From the NCBI RefSeq assembly GCF_965641715.1, contig NZ_OZ282453.1: a DNA stretch of 64,000 nucleotides; one strand, given 5' to 3'. The translations under genes were made by a program, and so were the position numbers. The notes under the pieces are model-generated. The model was not told where the DNA came from. It was given only the letters and a program-made list of their open reading frames with translations, and made no database searches. This document shows, one piece after another, positions 1-12,870 of this stretch; position 1 is the stretch's first letter; every line of letters starts with the position of its first letter. Origin of the DNA: Escherichia coli. GTDB lineage: Bacteria > Pseudomonadota > Gammaproteobacteria > Enterobacterales > Enterobacteriaceae.

Positions 1-611
1 ACCAGTTTCTGCGCTGTGCCTGCTTTCATTCGCGAAGAACCGGTAACCACTTCGGCACCTACAATCGGTGTAATGGCAAACTCAGCGGTGGATGAAACGG
101 CGCTCCCCGGATTACAGGAAATTCCCACTGTGCGGCAGCCGAGCTGGTGTGCGTATTCCAGTCCGGCAATTACATACGGCGTGCGACCACTGGCCGCAAT
201 GCCAACCACCACATCCTGCGCGGTTAAGCCGATGTTTTTCAGATCGTTAACACCGCCTTCCCGGCTATCTTCAGCGCCTTCCACCGCGTGCTGAATGGCA
301 TATTCGCCGCCAGCAATTAATCCAACCACCAAACCCGGTTTCACGCCGTAGGTGGGCGGACATTCGCTGGCATCCAGAATCCCCAGACGACCGGATGTTC
401 CCGCACCGAGATAAATCAGACGACCGCCGCCGCTTACCTGGGCGTGGATAACATCGATCGCCGCGGCGATATCCGGCAGTACGCGCTCAACGGCAAGCGG
501 TACGGTTTTATCTTCATCGTTGATAATCCGGCACATTTCCAGCGTTGATACGCGGTCAATTTCAGCCGAGGCGGCGTTCGAGCCTTCGGTAATCATCTTT
601 TCAAGTTGCAT
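1..611 (-). CDS. murQ: N-acetylmuramic acid 6-phosphate etherase, N-terminal part; 3' end lies beyond window start
   Basis: Minus-strand frame open to the window edge; ATG at 611..609 translates [24 protein letters not shown], matching the MurQ N-terminus. Absent from the ORF track because no stop lies in the window. Confidence 0.88.
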   Translation of the reverse strand, partial: MQLEKMITEGSNAASAEIDRVSTLEMCRIINDEDKTVPLAVERVLPDIAAAIDVIHAQVSGGGRLIYLGAGTSGRLGILDASECPPTYGVKPGLVVGLIAGGEYAIQHAVEGAEDSREGGVNDLKNIGLTAQDVVVGIAASGRTPYVIAGLEYAHQLGCRTVGISCNPGSAVSSTAEFAITPIVGAEVVTGSSRMKAGTAQKL

Positions 612-774
612 CGGTGGTGACCTTACTATTTACGATCAAATAATTGCAGATGTATGGAATCATATATCCCGAATTGACAGACTTAAAGGAATCATTGAGT
701 CTACACTCGCAGAGTGTGAAGAGCGTCATAAGAACTTAAGCGGAATTTTTGCTGCCAGCCCAGGAGAGTGGAAG

Positions 775-1632
775 ATGTTGTACCTGACGAAAATACGCAA
801 TGCGGAAAGTGAATTTACCGAGAACGAGCAAAAAATTGCTGACTTTCTGCGGGCCAACGTGAGTGAGCTGAAATCCGTCTCTTCGCGCAAGATGGCGAAA
901 CAGCTCGGCATCAGCCAGTCGAGTATTGTGAAGTTTGCCCAGAAGCTCGGCGCACAAGGATTTACTGAATTGCGTATGGCGTTAATAGGCGAATACAGTG
1001 CCAGCCGGGAGAAAACGAATGCCACGGCGCTGCACCTGCACAGTTCGATTACCAGTGATGATTCGCTGGAAGTGATTGCCCGCAAACTGAATCGCGAAAA
1101 AGAGCTGGCGCTGGAGCAAACCTGCGCGTTGTTCGACTACGCGCGGCTGCAAAAAATCATTGATGTCATCAGTAAAGCGCAATTTATTCAGATAACGGGC
1201 CTGGGCGGATCGGCGCTGGTGGGGCGCGATCTGTCGTTCAAACTGATGAAAATTGGCTATCGCGTGGCCTGCGAAGCCGACACGCACGTACAAGCCACCG
1301 TTTCCCAGGCGTTGAAAAAAGGCGATGTACAAATCGCTATCTCTTACAGCGGCAGTAAAAAAGAGATTGTCTTGTGCGCAGAAGCGGCACGAAAGCAGGG
1401 GGCAACGGTGATTGCCATTACTTCTCTGGCTGACTCTCCGCTGCGGCGGCTGGCGCATTTCACACTCGATACCGTTTCCGGTGAAACCGAATGGCGTAGC
1501 TCGTCGATGTCTACCCGCACGGCGCAAAATTCTGTTACCGATTTACTGTTTGTTGGTCTTGTGCAACTCAATGATGTGGAGTCATTGAAAATGATTCAGC
1601 GCAGCAGTGAGCTAACACAACGCCTGAAATGA
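775..1632 (+). CDS. murR: RpiR/SIS-family transcriptional repressor of murQP (285 aa)
   Basis: Internal ATG at 775 of track ORF 520..1632 gives [14 protein letters not shown]...; HTH plus SIS domain; divergent from murQ. Confidence 0.9.
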   Translation: MLYLTKIRNAESEFTENEQKIADFLRANVSELKSVSSRKMAKQLGISQSSIVKFAQKLGAQGFTELRMALIGEYSASREKTNATALHLHSSITSDDSLEVIARKLNREKELALEQTCALFDYARLQKIIDVISKAQFIQITGLGGSALVGRDLSFKLMKIGYRVACEADTHVQATVSQALKKGDVQIAISYSGSKKEIVLCAEAARKQGATVIAITSLADSPLRRLAHFTLDTVSGETEWRSSSMSTRTAQNSVTDLLFVGLVQLNDVESLKMIQRSSELTQRLK

Positions 1633-1760
1633 TGCATAAAGCAGCGACTGGATTGAGATTTTCCTGAATTAGTGAGCTGATCCGCAGCAATATTTTGTTT
1701 ATCCTGTATTTTCAGAGGGAATGGAGTGTAACGCTCTGTATTAACAAGGAGAGCATTAAA

Positions 1761-2552
1761 ATGGGTAAACTCACGGGCAAGACAGCACTGATTACGGGCG
1801 CATTGCAGGGAATTGGCGAAGGAATTGCCAGAACTTTTGCACGTCATGGCGCAAACCTAATCTTGCTGGATATCTCCCCTGAGATCGAAAAGCTGGCGGA
1901 CGAACTGTGTGGTCGTGGTCATCGCTGTACGGCGGTTGTCGCCGATGTGCGTGACCCGGCGTCGGTAGCCGCAGCTATCAAACGCGCGAAGGAAAAAGAA
2001 GGGCGCATTGATATCCTGGTGAATAACGCAGGCGTTTGTCGTCTGGGCAGTTTCCTCGATATGAGCGATGACGATCGCGATTTCCATATTGATATCAATA
2101 TTAAAGGCGTATGGAACGTCACGAAGGCGGTGCTGCCGGAGATGATTGCGCGCAAAGATGGTCGCATTGTGATGATGTCTTCGGTCACTGGCGATATGGT
2201 GGCCGATCCGGGTGAAACGGCGTACGCTTTAACGAAAGCGGCGATTGTTGGCCTGACTAAATCGCTGGCGGTGGAGTACGCGCAGTCGGGGATTCGCGTT
2301 AACGCCATCTGCCCGGGATACGTCCGCACGCCAATGGCGGAAAGCATTGCCCGCCAGTCGAACCCGGAAGATCCAGAGTCGGTGCTGACTGATATGGCAA
2401 AAGCAATCCCGCTGCGTCGCCTCGCCGATCCGCTGGAAGTCGGCGAACTGGCGGCCTTCCTCGCATCGGATGAATCCAGCTATTTAACCGGTACACAGAA
2501 TGTGATTGATGGCGGCAGCACACTGCCGGAGACGGTCAGCGTCGGTATCTGA
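1761..2552 (+). CDS. ucpA: Short-chain dehydrogenase/reductase (263 aa)
   Basis: Internal ATG at 1761 of track ORF 1695..2552 (MGKLTGKTALITGALQGIGEG); Rossmann TGxxxGxG motif; RBS ggaga upstream. Confidence 0.9.
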   Translation: MGKLTGKTALITGALQGIGEGIARTFARHGANLILLDISPEIEKLADELCGRGHRCTAVVADVRDPASVAAAIKRAKEKEGRIDILVNNAGVCRLGSFLDMSDDDRDFHIDINIKGVWNVTKAVLPEMIARKDGRIVMMSSVTGDMVADPGETAYALTKAAIVGLTKSLAVEYAQSGIRVNAICPGYVRTPMAESIARQSNPEDPESVLTDMAKAIPLRRLADPLEVGELAAFLASDESSYLTGTQNVIDGGSTLPETVSVGI

Positions 2553-2709
2553 TTCACCTCTGTTTCCTCCCTGCATGTGTGGGGAGGATTTCGTCTTATT
2601 CCCTTTTCAACTTCCAAATCACCAAACGGTATATAAAACCGTTACTCCTTTCACGTCCGTTATAAATATGATGGCTATTAGAAAGTCATTAAATTTATAA
2701 GGGTGCGCA

Positions 2710-3726
2710 ATGGCCGTTAACTTACTGAAAAAGAACTCACTCGCGCTGGTCGCTTCTCTGCTGCTGGCGGGCCATGTACAGGCAACGGAACTGCTGAACA
2801 GTTCTTATGACGTCTCCCGCGAGCTGTTTGCCGCCCTGAACCCGCCGTTTGAGCAACAATGGGCCAAAGATAACGGCGGCGACAAACTGACGATAAAACA
2901 ATCTCATGCCGGGTCATCAAAACAGGCGCTGGCAATTTTGCAGGGCTTAAAAGCCGACGTTGTCACTTATAACCAGGTGACCGACGTACAAATTCTGCAT
3001 GATAAAGGCAAGCTTATCCCGGCGGACTGGCAGTCGCGCCTGCCGAATAATAGCTCGCCGTTCTACTCCACCATGGGCTTCCTGGTGCGTAAGGGCAACC
3101 CGAAGAATATCCACGACTGGAACGACCTGGTGCGCTCCGACGTGAAACTGATTTTCCCGAACCCGAAAACGTCGGGTAACGCGCGTTATACCTATCTGGC
3201 GGCATGGGGCGCAGCGGATAAAGCTGACGGTGGCGACAAAGCCAAAACCGAACAGTTTATGACCCAGTTCCTGAAAAACGTTGAAGTGTTCGATACTGGC
3301 GGTCGTGGCGCGACCACCACTTTTGCCGAGCGCGGGCTGGGCGATGTGCTGATTAGCTTTGAATCGGAAGTGAACAACATCCGTAAACAGTATGAAGCGC
3401 AGGGCTTTGAAGTGGTGATTCCGAAAACCAACATTCTGGCGGAATTCCCGGTGGCGTGGGTTGATAAAAACGTGCAGGCCAACGGTACGGAAAAAGCAGC
3501 AAAAGCCTACCTGAACTGGCTCTACAGCCCGCAGGCGCAGACCATCATCACCGACTATTACTACCGCGTAAATAACCCGGAAGTCATGGACAAACTGAAA
3601 GATAAATTCCCGCAGACCGAACTGTTCCGCGTGGAAGACAAATTTGGCTCCTGGCCGGAAGTGATGAAAACCCACTTCACCAGCGGCGGCGAGTTAGACA
3701 AGCTGTTAGCGGCGGGGCGTAACTGA
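2710..3726 (+). CDS. cysP: Thiosulfate/sulfate ABC transporter periplasmic binding protein
   Basis: 338-aa ORF with signal peptide ([25 protein letters not shown]); first gene of the cysPUWAM arrangement. Confidence 0.93.
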   Translation: MAVNLLKKNSLALVASLLLAGHVQATELLNSSYDVSRELFAALNPPFEQQWAKDNGGDKLTIKQSHAGSSKQALAILQGLKADVVTYNQVTDVQILHDKGKLIPADWQSRLPNNSSPFYSTMGFLVRKGNPKNIHDWNDLVRSDVKLIFPNPKTSGNARYTYLAAWGAADKADGGDKAKTEQFMTQFLKNVEVFDTGGRGATTTFAERGLGDVLISFESEVNNIRKQYEAQGFEVVIPKTNILAEFPVAWVDKNVQANGTEKAAKAYLNWLYSPQAQTIITDYYYRVNNPEVMDKLKDKFPQTELFRVEDKFGSWPEVMKTHFTSGGELDKLLAAGRN

Positions 3727-4559
3727 TGTTTGCAGTTTCATCAAGACGCGTGCTGCCGGGCTTTACCTTAAGCCTCGGCACCAGTCTGCTGTTTGTTTGC
3801 CTGATTTTGCTGCTGCCACTCTCCGCGCTGGTGATGCAGCTGGCCCAGATGAGCTGGGCGCAGTACTGGGAGGTGATCACCAACCCGCAGGTGGTCGCAG
3901 CCTACAAAGTGACGCTGCTGTCGGCGTTTGTGGCATCGATTTTTAACGGCGTTTTCGGTCTGCTGATGGCGTGGATCTTAACTCGTTATCGCTTCCCTGG
4001 CCGCACGCTGCTTGATGCGCTGATGGATTTACCCTTTGCGCTGCCAACGGCAGTCGCCGGTTTAACGCTGGCCTCGCTCTTTTCTGTAAACGGTTTTTAC
4101 GGTGAATGGCTGGCGAAGTTTGATATCAAAGTCACCTATACCTGGCTGGGGATTGCGGTGGCGATGGCCTTTACCAGCATTCCGTTTGTGGTACGTACCG
4201 TGCAGCCGGTGCTGGAAGAGTTAGGCCCGGAATATGAAGAAGCGGCGGAAACGCTTGGTGCAACGCGCTGGCAGAGTTTCTGTAAAGTGGTGCTGCCGGA
4301 GCTTTCTCCGGCGCTGGTGGCGGGCGTGGCGCTGTCGTTTACCCGTAGTCTTGGTGAGTTTGGCGCGGTGATATTTATCGCCGGGAACATCGCCTGGAAG
4401 ACGGAAGTGACGTCGCTGATGATTTTTGTGCGCTTGCAGGAGTTTGATTACCCGGCGGCGAGCGCGATTGCTTCGGTGATCCTCGCGGCATCTCTGCTGC
4501 TGCTGTTCTCAATTAACACTCTGCAAAGTCGCTTTGGTCGGCGTGTGGTAGGTCATTAA
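3726..4559 (+). CDS. cysU: Sulfate/thiosulfate ABC transporter permease
   Basis: 277-aa multi-TM ORF; start overlaps the cysP stop by 1 nt. Confidence 0.93.
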   Translation: MFAVSSRRVLPGFTLSLGTSLLFVCLILLLPLSALVMQLAQMSWAQYWEVITNPQVVAAYKVTLLSAFVASIFNGVFGLLMAWILTRYRFPGRTLLDALMDLPFALPTAVAGLTLASLFSVNGFYGEWLAKFDIKVTYTWLGIAVAMAFTSIPFVVRTVQPVLEELGPEYEEAAETLGATRWQSFCKVVLPELSPALVAGVALSFTRSLGEFGAVIFIAGNIAWKTEVTSLMIFVRLQEFDYPAASAIASVILAASLLLLFSINTLQSRFGRRVVGH

Positions 4560-5434
4560 TGGCGGAAGTTACCCAATTGAAGCGTTATGACGCGCGCCCG
4601 ATTAACTGGGGCAAATGGTTTCTGATTGGCATCGGGATGCTGGTTTCGGCGTTCATCCTGCTGGTGCCGATGATTTACATCTTCGTGCAGGCATTCAGCA
4701 AGGGGCTGATGCCGGTTTTACAGAATCTGGCCGATCCGGACATGTTGCACGCGATTTGGCTGACGGTGATGATTGCGCTGATTGCCGTACCGGTGAACCT
4801 GGTGTTCGGCATTCTGCTGGCCTGGCTGGTGACGCGCTTTAACTTCCCCGGACGCCAGTTACTGCTGACGCTACTGGACATTCCGTTTGCCGTATCGCCG
4901 GTGGTTGCCGGTCTGGTGTATCTGCTGTTCTACGGCTCTAACGGCCCGCTGGGCGGCTGGCTGGATGAACATAATCTGCAAATCATGTTCTCCTGGCCGG
5001 GAATGGTGCTGGTCACCATCTTTGTGACGTGTCCGTTTGTGGTGCGCGAGCTGGTGCCGGTGATGTTAAGCCAGGGCAGCCAGGAAGACGAAGCGGCGAT
5101 TTTGCTTGGCGCGTCTGGCTGGCAGATGTTCCGTCGCGTTACATTACCGAATATTCGCTGGGCGCTGCTTTACGGCGTGGTGCTGACCAACGCCCGCGCG
5201 ATTGGCGAGTTTGGCGCGGTGTCGGTGGTTTCCGGCTCGATTCGTGGCGAAACACTTTCGCTGCCGTTACAGATTGAATTGCTGGAGCAGGACTACAACA
5301 CCGTCGGCTCCTTTACCGCCGCCGCGCTGTTGACGCTGATGGCGATTATCACCCTGTTTTTAAAGAGTATGTTGCAGTGGCGTCTGGAGAATCAGGAAAA
5401 ACGCGCGCAGCAGGAGGAGCATCATGAGCATTGA
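4559..5434 (+). CDS. cysW: Sulfate/thiosulfate ABC transporter permease
   Basis: 291-aa multi-TM ORF; start overlaps the cysU stop by 1 nt. Confidence 0.93.
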   Translation: MAEVTQLKRYDARPINWGKWFLIGIGMLVSAFILLVPMIYIFVQAFSKGLMPVLQNLADPDMLHAIWLTVMIALIAVPVNLVFGILLAWLVTRFNFPGRQLLLTLLDIPFAVSPVVAGLVYLLFYGSNGPLGGWLDEHNLQIMFSWPGMVLVTIFVTCPFVVRELVPVMLSQGSQEDEAAILLGASGWQMFRRVTLPNIRWALLYGVVLTNARAIGEFGAVSVVSGSIRGETLSLPLQIELLEQDYNTVGSFTAAALLTLMAIITLFLKSMLQWRLENQEKRAQQEEHHEH

Positions 5435-6521
5435 GATTGCCAATATTAAGAAGTCTTTTGGTCGCACCCAGGTGCTGAACGATATCTCACTGGATATTCC
5501 TTCTGGTCAGATGGTCGCGTTGCTGGGGCCCTCCGGCTCCGGGAAAACCACGCTGCTGCGGATTATCGCCGGGCTGGAGCATCAAACCAGCGGGCATATC
5601 CGTTTCCACGGTACCGACGTCAGCCGCCTGCATGCGCGCGACCGTAAAGTCGGTTTCGTGTTCCAGCATTACGCGCTGTTCCGCCATATGACGGTATTCG
5701 ACAATATCGCTTTTGGCCTGACGGTGCTGCCGCGTCGCGAGCGCCCGAATGCCGCGGCGATCAAAGCGAAAGTGACAAAATTGCTGGAAATGGTCCAGCT
5801 TGCCCATCTGGCGGATCGTTATCCGGCGCAGCTTTCCGGCGGCCAGAAACAGCGTGTAGCGCTGGCGCGTGCGCTTGCTGTAGAACCGCAAATTCTGCTG
5901 CTTGATGAACCGTTTGGCGCGTTGGATGCGCAGGTGCGTAAAGAGCTGCGTCGCTGGCTGCGTCAACTCCATGAAGAACTAAAATTCACCAGCGTTTTTG
6001 TGACCCACGATCAGGAAGAAGCGACCGAAGTAGCTGATCGTGTAGTTGTGATGAGCCAGGGCAATATTGAACAGGCTGACGCGCCGGATCAGGTATGGCG
6101 CGAACCGGCGACCCGTTTTGTGCTCGAATTTATGGGCGAAGTGAACCGCCTGCAGGGAACCATTCGCGGCGGGCAGTTCCATGTTGGCGCACATCGCTGG
6201 CCGCTGGGCTACACACCTGCGTATCAGGGGCCGGTGGATCTCTTCCTGCGCCCGTGGGAAGTGGATATCAGCCGCCGTACCAGCCTCGATTCGCCGCTGC
6301 CGGTACAGGTACTGGAAGCCAGCCCGAAAGGTCACTACACCCAATTAGTGGTGCAGCCGCTGGGGTGGTACAACGAACCGCTGACGGTCGTGATGCATGG
6401 CGACGATGCCCCGCAGCGTGGCGAGCGTTTATTCGTTGGTCTGCAACATGCGCGGCTGTATAACGGCGACGAGCGTATCGAAACCCGAGATGAGGAACTT
6501 GCTCTCGCACAAAGCGCCTGA
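5424..6521 (+). CDS. cysA: Sulfate/thiosulfate ABC transporter ATP-binding subunit
   Basis: 365-aa ORF with Walker A (GPSGSGKTT) and ABC signature (LSGGQKQR); overlaps cysW by 11 nt. Confidence 0.95.
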   Translation: MSIEIANIKKSFGRTQVLNDISLDIPSGQMVALLGPSGSGKTTLLRIIAGLEHQTSGHIRFHGTDVSRLHARDRKVGFVFQHYALFRHMTVFDNIAFGLTVLPRRERPNAAAIKAKVTKLLEMVQLAHLADRYPAQLSGGQKQRVALARALAVEPQILLLDEPFGALDAQVRKELRRWLRQLHEELKFTSVFVTHDQEEATEVADRVVVMSQGNIEQADAPDQVWREPATRFVLEFMGEVNRLQGTIRGGQFHVGAHRWPLGYTPAYQGPVDLFLRPWEVDISRRTSLDSPLPVQVLEASPKGHYTQLVVQPLGWYNEPLTVVMHGDDAPQRGERLFVGLQHARLYNGDERIETRDEELALAQSA

Positions 6522-6543
6522 TAGGTTGAGTGAATGTTAAACG

Positions 6544-6575
6544 CCCGGAGGCGCTTCCCGCGATCCGGGTTTTTT
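6544..6575 (+). terminator. Putative rho-independent terminator downstream of cysA
   Basis: GC-rich hairpin cccggaggcgc...gcgatccggg followed by tttttt. Confidence 0.55.
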
Positions 6576-6598
6576 AATGGCAAGGTTTGTAACCTGTA

Positions 6599-6632
6599 GG
6601 CCTGATAAGACGCGCAAGCGTCGCATCAGGCG
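6599..6632. repeat. REP (repetitive extragenic palindromic) element
   Basis: gcctgataagacgcgcaagcgtcgcatcaggc, the typical E. coli REP palindrome; lies in the cysA-cysM spacer. Confidence 0.75.
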
Positions 6633-6654
6633 ACACCACGTATGGACAGAGATC

Positions 6655-7566
6655 GTGAGTACATTAGAACAAACAATAGGCAATACGCCTCTGGTGAAGT
6701 TGCAGCGAATGGGGCCGAATAACGGCAGTGAAGTGTGGTTAAAGCTGGAAGGCAATAACCCGGCCGGTTCGGTGAAAGATCGTGCCGCGCTATCGATGAT
6801 TGTTGAGGCGGAAAAGCGCGGGGAAATTAAACCGGGTGATGTGTTAATCGAAGCCACCAGTGGTAACACCGGCATTGCGCTGGCAATGATTGCCGCGCTT
6901 AAAGGCTATCGCATGAAATTGCTGATGCCCGACAACATGAGCCAGGAACGCCGTGCGGCGATGCGTGCTTATGGTGCGGAACTGATTCTTGTCACCAAAG
7001 AGCAGGGCATGGAAGGTGCGCGCGATCTGGCGCTGGAGATGGCGAATCGTGGTGAAGGAAAGCTGCTCGATCAGTTCAATAATCCCGATAACCCTTACGC
7101 CCATTACACCACTACCGGGCCGGAAATCTGGCAGCAAACTGGCGGGCGCATTACCCATTTTGTCTCCAGCATGGGAACAACCGGCACTATCACCGGTGTG
7201 TCACGCTTTATGCGCGAACAATCCAAACCGGTGACCATTGTCGGCCTGCAACCGGAAGAGGGCAGCAGCATTCCCGGCATTCGCCGCTGGCCTACGGAAT
7301 ATCTGCCGGGGATTTTCAACGCTTCGCTGGTGGATGAGGTGCTGGATATTCATCAGCGCGATGCAGAAAACACCATGCGCGAACTGGCAGTGCGGGAAGG
7401 GATTTTCTGTGGCGTCAGTTCCGGCGGCGCGGTTGCTGGAGCACTGCGGGTGGCAAAAGCTAACCCTGGTGCGGTGGTGGTAGCGATCATCTGCGATCGT
7501 GGCGATCGCTACCTTTCCACCGGGGTGTTTGGGGAAGAGCATTTTAGCCAGGGGGCGGGGATTTAA
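6655..7566 (+). CDS. cysM: Cysteine synthase B / O-acetylserine sulfhydrylase B (303 aa, GTG start)
   Basis: GTG at 6655 gives (M)STLEQTIGNTPLVKLQRM...; PLP-dependent cysteine synthase fold; the track ORF from 6577 is an in-frame upstream extension through the REP. Confidence 0.9.
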   Translation: MSTLEQTIGNTPLVKLQRMGPNNGSEVWLKLEGNNPAGSVKDRAALSMIVEAEKRGEIKPGDVLIEATSGNTGIALAMIAALKGYRMKLLMPDNMSQERRAAMRAYGAELILVTKEQGMEGARDLALEMANRGEGKLLDQFNNPDNPYAHYTTTGPEIWQQTGGRITHFVSSMGTTGTITGVSRFMREQSKPVTIVGLQPEEGSSIPGIRRWPTEYLPGIFNASLVDEVLDIHQRDAENTMRELAVREGIFCGVSSGGAVAGALRVAKANPGAVVVAIICDRGDRYLSTGVFGEEHFSQGAGI

Positions 7567-7568
7567 GA

Positions 7569-8028
<460 letters not shown>

Positions 8029-8041
8029 GAGAAAAAATTAA

Positions 8042-8893
8042 ATGAGTAGTTTGTTGTTGTTTAACGATAAGAGCAGGGCACTGCAGGCGGATATCGTCGC
8101 CGTGCAGTCGCAGGTAGTGTACGGCAGCGTAGGCAACAGCATTGCCGTGCCTGCTATCAAACAGAACGGCCTGAATGTCTTTGCCGTGCCGACGGTATTG
8201 CTGAGCAATACGCCGCATTATGACACTTTCTACGGTGGTGCGATTCCGGACGAATGGTTTAGCGGCTATTTGCGTGCGCTTCAGGAGCGTGATGCGCTGC
8301 GCCAACTTCGTGCTGTAACCACGGGCTATATGGGAACGGCATCGCAAATCAAAATCCTTGCCGAGTGGCTGACTGCGCTACGCAAAGACCATCCTGACCT
8401 ATTGATCATGGTCGATCCGGTGATTGGCGATATTGACAGCGGAATTTATGTCAAACCTGACCTTCCCGAAGCGTATCGACAATATTTACTGCCGCTGGCG
8501 CAGGGAATTACCCCCAATATCTTTGAGTTGGAAATCCTGACCGGTAAAAATTGCCGCGATCTCGACAGTGCCATTGCTGCCGCAAAAAGTCTGCTTTCAG
8601 ACACATTAAAATGGGTGGTGATTACCAGCGCCTCCGGTAATGAAGAAAATCAGGAGATGCAGGTTGTGGTGGTCACTGCCGACAGCGTGAATGTCATTTC
8701 CCATTCACGGGTAAAAACCGACCTGAAAGGGACTGGCGACCTGTTTTGTGCTCAGCTCATCAGTGGCTTGCTGAAAGGGAAGGCGTTAACCGATGCAGTG
8801 CACCGAGCGGGGTTGCGCGTACTGGAAGTGATGCGCTACACCCAGCAGCATGAGAGCGATGAATTGATTTTGCCGCCGCTGGCGGAAGCATAA
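8042..8893 (+). CDS. pdxK: Pyridoxal/pyridoxine/pyridoxamine kinase
   Basis: 283-aa [36 protein letters not shown]...; ribokinase-like PdxK family. Confidence 0.9.
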   Translation: MSSLLLFNDKSRALQADIVAVQSQVVYGSVGNSIAVPAIKQNGLNVFAVPTVLLSNTPHYDTFYGGAIPDEWFSGYLRALQERDALRQLRAVTTGYMGTASQIKILAEWLTALRKDHPDLLIMVDPVIGDIDSGIYVKPDLPEAYRQYLLPLAQGITPNIFELEILTGKNCRDLDSAIAAAKSLLSDTLKWVVITSASGNEENQEMQVVVVTADSVNVISHSRVKTDLKGTGDLFCAQLISGLLKGKALTDAVHRAGLRVLEVMRYTQQHESDELILPPLAEA

Positions 8894-8921
8894 AAAAATG
8901 GCGCCGATGGGCGCCATTTTT
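8893..8921. terminator. Bidirectional rho-independent terminator between pdxK and crr
   Basis: Hairpin aaaaatggcgcc-gatg-ggcgccattttt, with A-tract and T-tract on either side, between convergent genes. Confidence 0.65.
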
Positions 8922-8935
8922 CACTGCGGCAAGAA

Positions 8936-9445
8936 TTACTTCTTGATGCGGATAACCGGGGTTTCACCCACGGTTACGCTACCGGACAGTTTGATCAGTT
9001 CTTTGATTTCGTCCATGTTGGAGATAACAACCGGAGTCAGGGTAGACTTGGCTTTCTCTTCCAGCAGCGGCAGATCAAATTCAATGACAGTATCGCCAAC
9101 TTTCACGCGCTGACCTTCTTCAGCAATACGCTTGAAGCCTTCGCCTTTCAGTTCAACGGTGTCGATACCGAAGTGGACGAACAGTTCAACGCCGCTATCA
9201 GATTCGATAGAGAATGCGTGGTTGGTTTCAAAGATTTTACCAATGGTGCCGTCTACAGGCGCGACCATTTTGTTACCCGTTGGTTTGATAGCAATACCAT
9301 CACCAACGATTTTTTCCGCAAAAACGACATCCGGCACGTCTTCGATATTGACGATCTCGCCAGAGAGCGGAGCAATGATCTCAATAGTTCCGGTATCCTT
9401 CTTGTCGTCGGAAACCAGAGATTTCAGTTTATCGAACAAACCCAT
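8936..9445 (-). CDS. crr: PTS glucose-specific EIIA component
   Basis: 169-aa [19 protein letters not shown]...; last gene of ptsH-ptsI-crr. Confidence 0.97.
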
Positions 9446-9485
9446 GATCTTCTCCTAAGCAGTAAATTGGGCCGCATCTCGTGGA

Positions 9486-11213
9486 TTAGCAGATTGTTTT
9501 TTCTTCAATGAACTTGTTAACCAGCGTCATTAACTCGTCCGTTGTCGGTTGAGCAAGAGCCTGCTCTGCTAACACCTTCGCATCTTCGAAGTTCGTGTTA
9601 CGGATAATCTTCTTAATGCGCGGGATAGAAATGGCGCTCATAGAGAATTCGTCCAGACCCATCCCCAGCAACAGAAGTGTAGCACGTTCATCGCCAGCAA
9701 GCTCACCACACATGCCAGTCCATTTGCCTTCAGCATGAGAAGCATCAATAACTTGCTTGATCAAGTTCAGCACGGACGGTGACATTGGCTGGTAAAGGTG
9801 TGAAATCATATCATTACCACGGTCAACTGCCAGAGTGTACTGCGTTAAATCATTGGTGCCGATACTAAAGAAATCAACTTCTTTGGCTAAATGACGTGCA
9901 ATTGTTGCGGCAGCCGGTGTTTCCACCATTACGCCGATTTCAATTGACTCGTCAAACGCTTTACCTTCGTCGCGCAGTTCCTGTTTGTAGATTTCGATCT
10001 CTTTGCGCAGTGCACGCACTTCTTCAACAGAGATGATCATCGGGAACATAATGCGCAATTTACCGAAAGCCGAGGCACGCAGGATAGCGCGGAGCTGATC
10101 GCGCAGGATCTCTTTACGATCCATCGCGATACGGATAGCGCGCCAGCCGAGGAACGGGTTCTCTTCTTTCGGGAAGTTCATGTATGGCAGCTCTTTGTCG
10201 CCGCCGATGTCCATGGTACGAACGATAACCGCCTGCGAGCCACACGCTTCAGCCACTGCTTTGTAAGCAGCAAACTGTTCTTCTTCAGTGGGCAGCGCGT
10301 CGCGGTCCATGAACAGGAACTCAGTACGATACAGACCAACGCCTTCAGCGCCGTTACGCTCTGCACCTTCAACGTCACGAACCGTACCAATGTTAGCGCA
10401 TACTTCTACCTGGTGACCGTCCAGCGTAATAGCTGGCAGATCTTTCAGTTTAGCAAGCTCTGCTTTTTCAGAAGCCACTTGCTCCTGAACAGCGCGCATT
10501 TTATCAATAACTTCGTTGGTTGGATTGACGTAAACCTGATTATTTACGGCATCCAGAATCAGATAGTCGTCATTTTTCACCTGAGAGGTGACGCTACCGG
10601 TACCCACGATAGCAGGCAGTTCCAGAGAACGCGCCATGATAGAGGTGTGGGAAGTACGGCCACCCGCGTCGGTGATGAAACCCAGCACCTTCTTCAGGTT
10701 CAGCTGTGCGGTTTCGGACGGCGTCAGGTCAGCGGCAACCAGAATGACTTCATCCTGAATGGCGCTCAGGTCGATAATCTTCAGGCCCAGGATGTTGCGC
10801 AGCAGGCGCTTACCGATATCACGTACGTCAGCCGCACGTTCTTTCAGGTATTCATCATCCAGCTCTTCCAGGGCAGAAGCCTGACCTTCGATAACTTCAT
10901 GAGCAGCTGCGTCAGCTGTCATGTGTTTATCTTTAATCAGGGCTATGATTTCCTGCTCCAGCTCCTCATCTTCGAGCAGCATAATATGCCCTTCAAAGAT
11001 GGCTTCTTTTTCTTCACCGAACGTTTCACCAGCTTTCGTTTTGATCGTTTCCAGCTGGGCTGATGCCTTGGCACGACCGCTCAGAAAACGTTCAACTTCC
11101 TGATCAACCTGGTCGGCAGAAATTTTTTTCCGGTCAATGACAATTTCGTCTTCTTTCAGAAGCAGAGCTTTACCGAAAGCGATACCCGGGGATGCTAAAA
11201 TGCCTGAAATCAT
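9486..11213 (-). CDS. ptsI: PTS enzyme I (phosphoenolpyruvate-protein phosphotransferase)
   Basis: 575-aa [33 protein letters not shown]... Confidence 0.97.
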   Translation of the reverse strand: MISGILASPGIAFGKALLLKEDEIVIDRKKISADQVDQEVERFLSGRAKASAQLETIKTKAGETFGEEKEAIFEGHIMLLEDEELEQEIIALIKDKHMTADAAAHEVIEGQASALEELDDEYLKERAADVRDIGKRLLRNILGLKIIDLSAIQDEVILVAADLTPSETAQLNLKKVLGFITDAGGRTSHTSIMARSLELPAIVGTGSVTSQVKNDDYLILDAVNNQVYVNPTNEVIDKMRAVQEQVASEKAELAKLKDLPAITLDGHQVEVCANIGTVRDVEGAERNGAEGVGLYRTEFLFMDRDALPTEEEQFAAYKAVAEACGSQAVIVRTMDIGGDKELPYMNFPKEENPFLGWRAIRIAMDRKEILRDQLRAILRASAFGKLRIMFPMIISVEEVRALRKEIEIYKQELRDEGKAFDESIEIGVMVETPAAATIARHLAKEVDFFSIGTNDLTQYTLAVDRGNDMISHLYQPMSPSVLNLIKQVIDASHAEGKWTGMCGELAGDERATLLLLGMGLDEFSMSAISIPRIKKIIRNTNFEDAKVLAEQALAQPTTDELMTLVNKFIEEKTIC

Positions 11214-11257
11214 AACCCTACCTTACTTGTGACTGATTTTTAAAAGAACCCGGGAAA

Positions 11258-11515
11258 TTACTCGAGTTCCGCCATCAGTTTAACCAGATGTTCAACCGCT
11301 TTCTGCTCGTCTTCGCCTTCTGCGGAGATAGTCACAACGGTACCTTGAGTCAGGCCCAGAGTCTGCAGTTTAAACAGGCTTTTCGCGCTGGCGCTTTTGC
11401 CGTTGGAAGTCACAGTAATTTCAGAAGTGAAGCCCTTAGCTTCTTTTACAAACTGGGCAGCAGGGCGGGTGTGCAGACCGTTCGGAGCGGTAATGGTAAC
11501 TTCTTGCTGGAACAT
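11258..11515 (-). CDS. ptsH: PTS phosphocarrier protein HPr
   Basis: 85-aa [32 protein letters not shown]... with the His15 region. Confidence 0.97.
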
Positions 11516-11849
11516 TGTATTTCCCCAACTTATAGGTTTAGTGTTGTGGAACTAAAGTCTAGCCTGGCGGTTCGACTTTAGCCTGTATTGTTAGCGCCAG
11601 TTTTTAACAGACGCGACGCACGAAGAGCGCAATACAGTCCATTGCTGGCGGGTGTTGACCGCTGACGTTTCGTACGTCATTAAACATTATGCCGCTAAAG
11701 GAAGAATTGAACCAAATCATAAAATCGATTCAGCTTTGGCTTTTCCTGTAACGATTAATTTCGCGCATCAAAATAATTAGTCTGGTTAAATACCAGTTCC
11801 GACAGGCTGAATCAATGCCAGGAGGGGCGAAAGTTTGAAGCAGGCCACA

Positions 11850-11877
11850 AAAAAGCACCTAAAAAGGTGCTTTTTTA
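11850..11877 (-). terminator. Putative rho-independent terminator downstream of cysK
   Basis: Hairpin aaaaagcacc-taaaaa-ggtgctttttt just 3' of the cysK stop. Confidence 0.6.
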
Positions 11878-11898
11878 CGCATTTTTAACAAGCTGGCA

Positions 11899-12870
11899 TT
11901 ACTGTTGCAATTCTTTCTCAGTGAAGAGATCGGCAAACAATGCGGTGCTTAAATAACGCTCACCCGATGACGGTAGAATAACCACAATATTCTTGTTGGT
12001 AAAGCTTTCATCTTCTTGTAGTTTCAACGCCGCAGCAACAGCTGCTCCAGAAGAGATACCTGCAAGAATACCTTCTTCTTCCATCAGACGACGCGCGGTA
12101 GAAATCGCTTCTTCATTGGTTATGCCAATGACTTTATCGACCAGCTTGAGATCGAGGTTAGCCGGGATAAAACCAGCGCCAATACCCTGAATTTTATGCG
12201 GGCCAGGTTTAATCTCTTCACCTGCCAGCGCCTGGGCGATAACTGGAGAATCGGTTGGCTCAACGGCGACAGAGATAAGATCGGTCTTGCCTTTGGTGCC
12301 TTTAATGTAGCGGCTGACGCCAGTCAGCGTACCGCCAGTCCCAACGCCAGCAATAAATACATCAACCTGACCGTCGGTATCTTCCCAGATCTCCGGACCG
12401 GTGGTTTTTTCGTGAATTTCAGGGTTTGCCGGATTGCTGAATTGTTGCAGCAGCAGGTATTTCTCTGGATTGCTGGCGACAATTTCTTCTGCTTTTTGGA
12501 TTGCGCCTTTCATGCCTTTAGCACCTTCGGTCAGCACCAGGTTTGCACCTAACGCTTTCAGCAGCTTGCGGCGTTCAATACTCATGGTTTCTGGCATGGT
12601 CAGGGTGAGTTTGTAACCGCGAGCGGCAGCTACATAGGCCAGTGCAATCCCGGTATTACCGCTGGTCGGTTCAACCAGTTCAACGCCTGGTTTCAGCACG
12701 CCGCGCTTTTCGGCATCCCAAATCATGTTGGCACCGATACGGCACTTAACGCTGAAGCTGGGGTTACGAGATTCCACCTTCGCCAGAATGCGTCCGTTAC
12801 CGATGCGATTCAGGCGAACCAGCGGCGTGTGACCGATAGTCAGCGAGTTATCTTCAAAAATCTTACTCAT
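11899..12870 (-). CDS. cysK: Cysteine synthase A / O-acetylserine sulfhydrylase A
   Basis: 323-aa [47 protein letters not shown]... Confidence 0.97.
   Translation of the reverse strand: MSKIFEDNSLTIGHTPLVRLNRIGNGRILAKVESRNPSFSVKCRIGANMIWDAEKRGVLKPGVELVEPTSGNTGIALAYVAAARGYKLTLTMPETMSIERRKLLKALGANLVLTEGAKGMKGAIQKAEEIVASNPEKYLLLQQFSNPANPEIHEKTTGPEIWEDTDGQVDVFIAGVGTGGTLTGVSRYIKGTKGKTDLISVAVEPTDSPVIAQALAGEEIKPGPHKIQGIGAGFIPANLDLKLVDKVIGITNEEAISTARRLMEEEGILAGISSGAAVAAALKLQEDESFTNKNIVVILPSSGERYLSTALFADLFTEKELQQ

Noticed and set aside
520-774. Upstream part of the 370-aa track ORF preceding murR
   Set aside because: Overlaps the murQ 5' coding region on the opposite strand; the internal ATG at 775 gives the expected 285-aa regulator.
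2506-2700. 64-aa ORF in the ucpA-cysP intergenic region
   Set aside because: Overlaps the ucpA 3' end and the cysP promoter region; no RBS and no recognisable fold.
2947-3675. 242-aa ORF antisense to cysP
   Set aside because: Lies entirely inside a confidently assigned gene on the opposite strand; no RBS and an Arg/His-rich composition typical of antisense frames.
6577-6654. Upstream in-frame extension of cysM
   Set aside because: Runs through a REP palindrome; the GTG at 6655 gives the expected N-terminus.
10413-11063. 216-aa ORF antisense to ptsI
   Set aside because: Shadow ORF inside ptsI; low-complexity Phe/Leu-rich translation.
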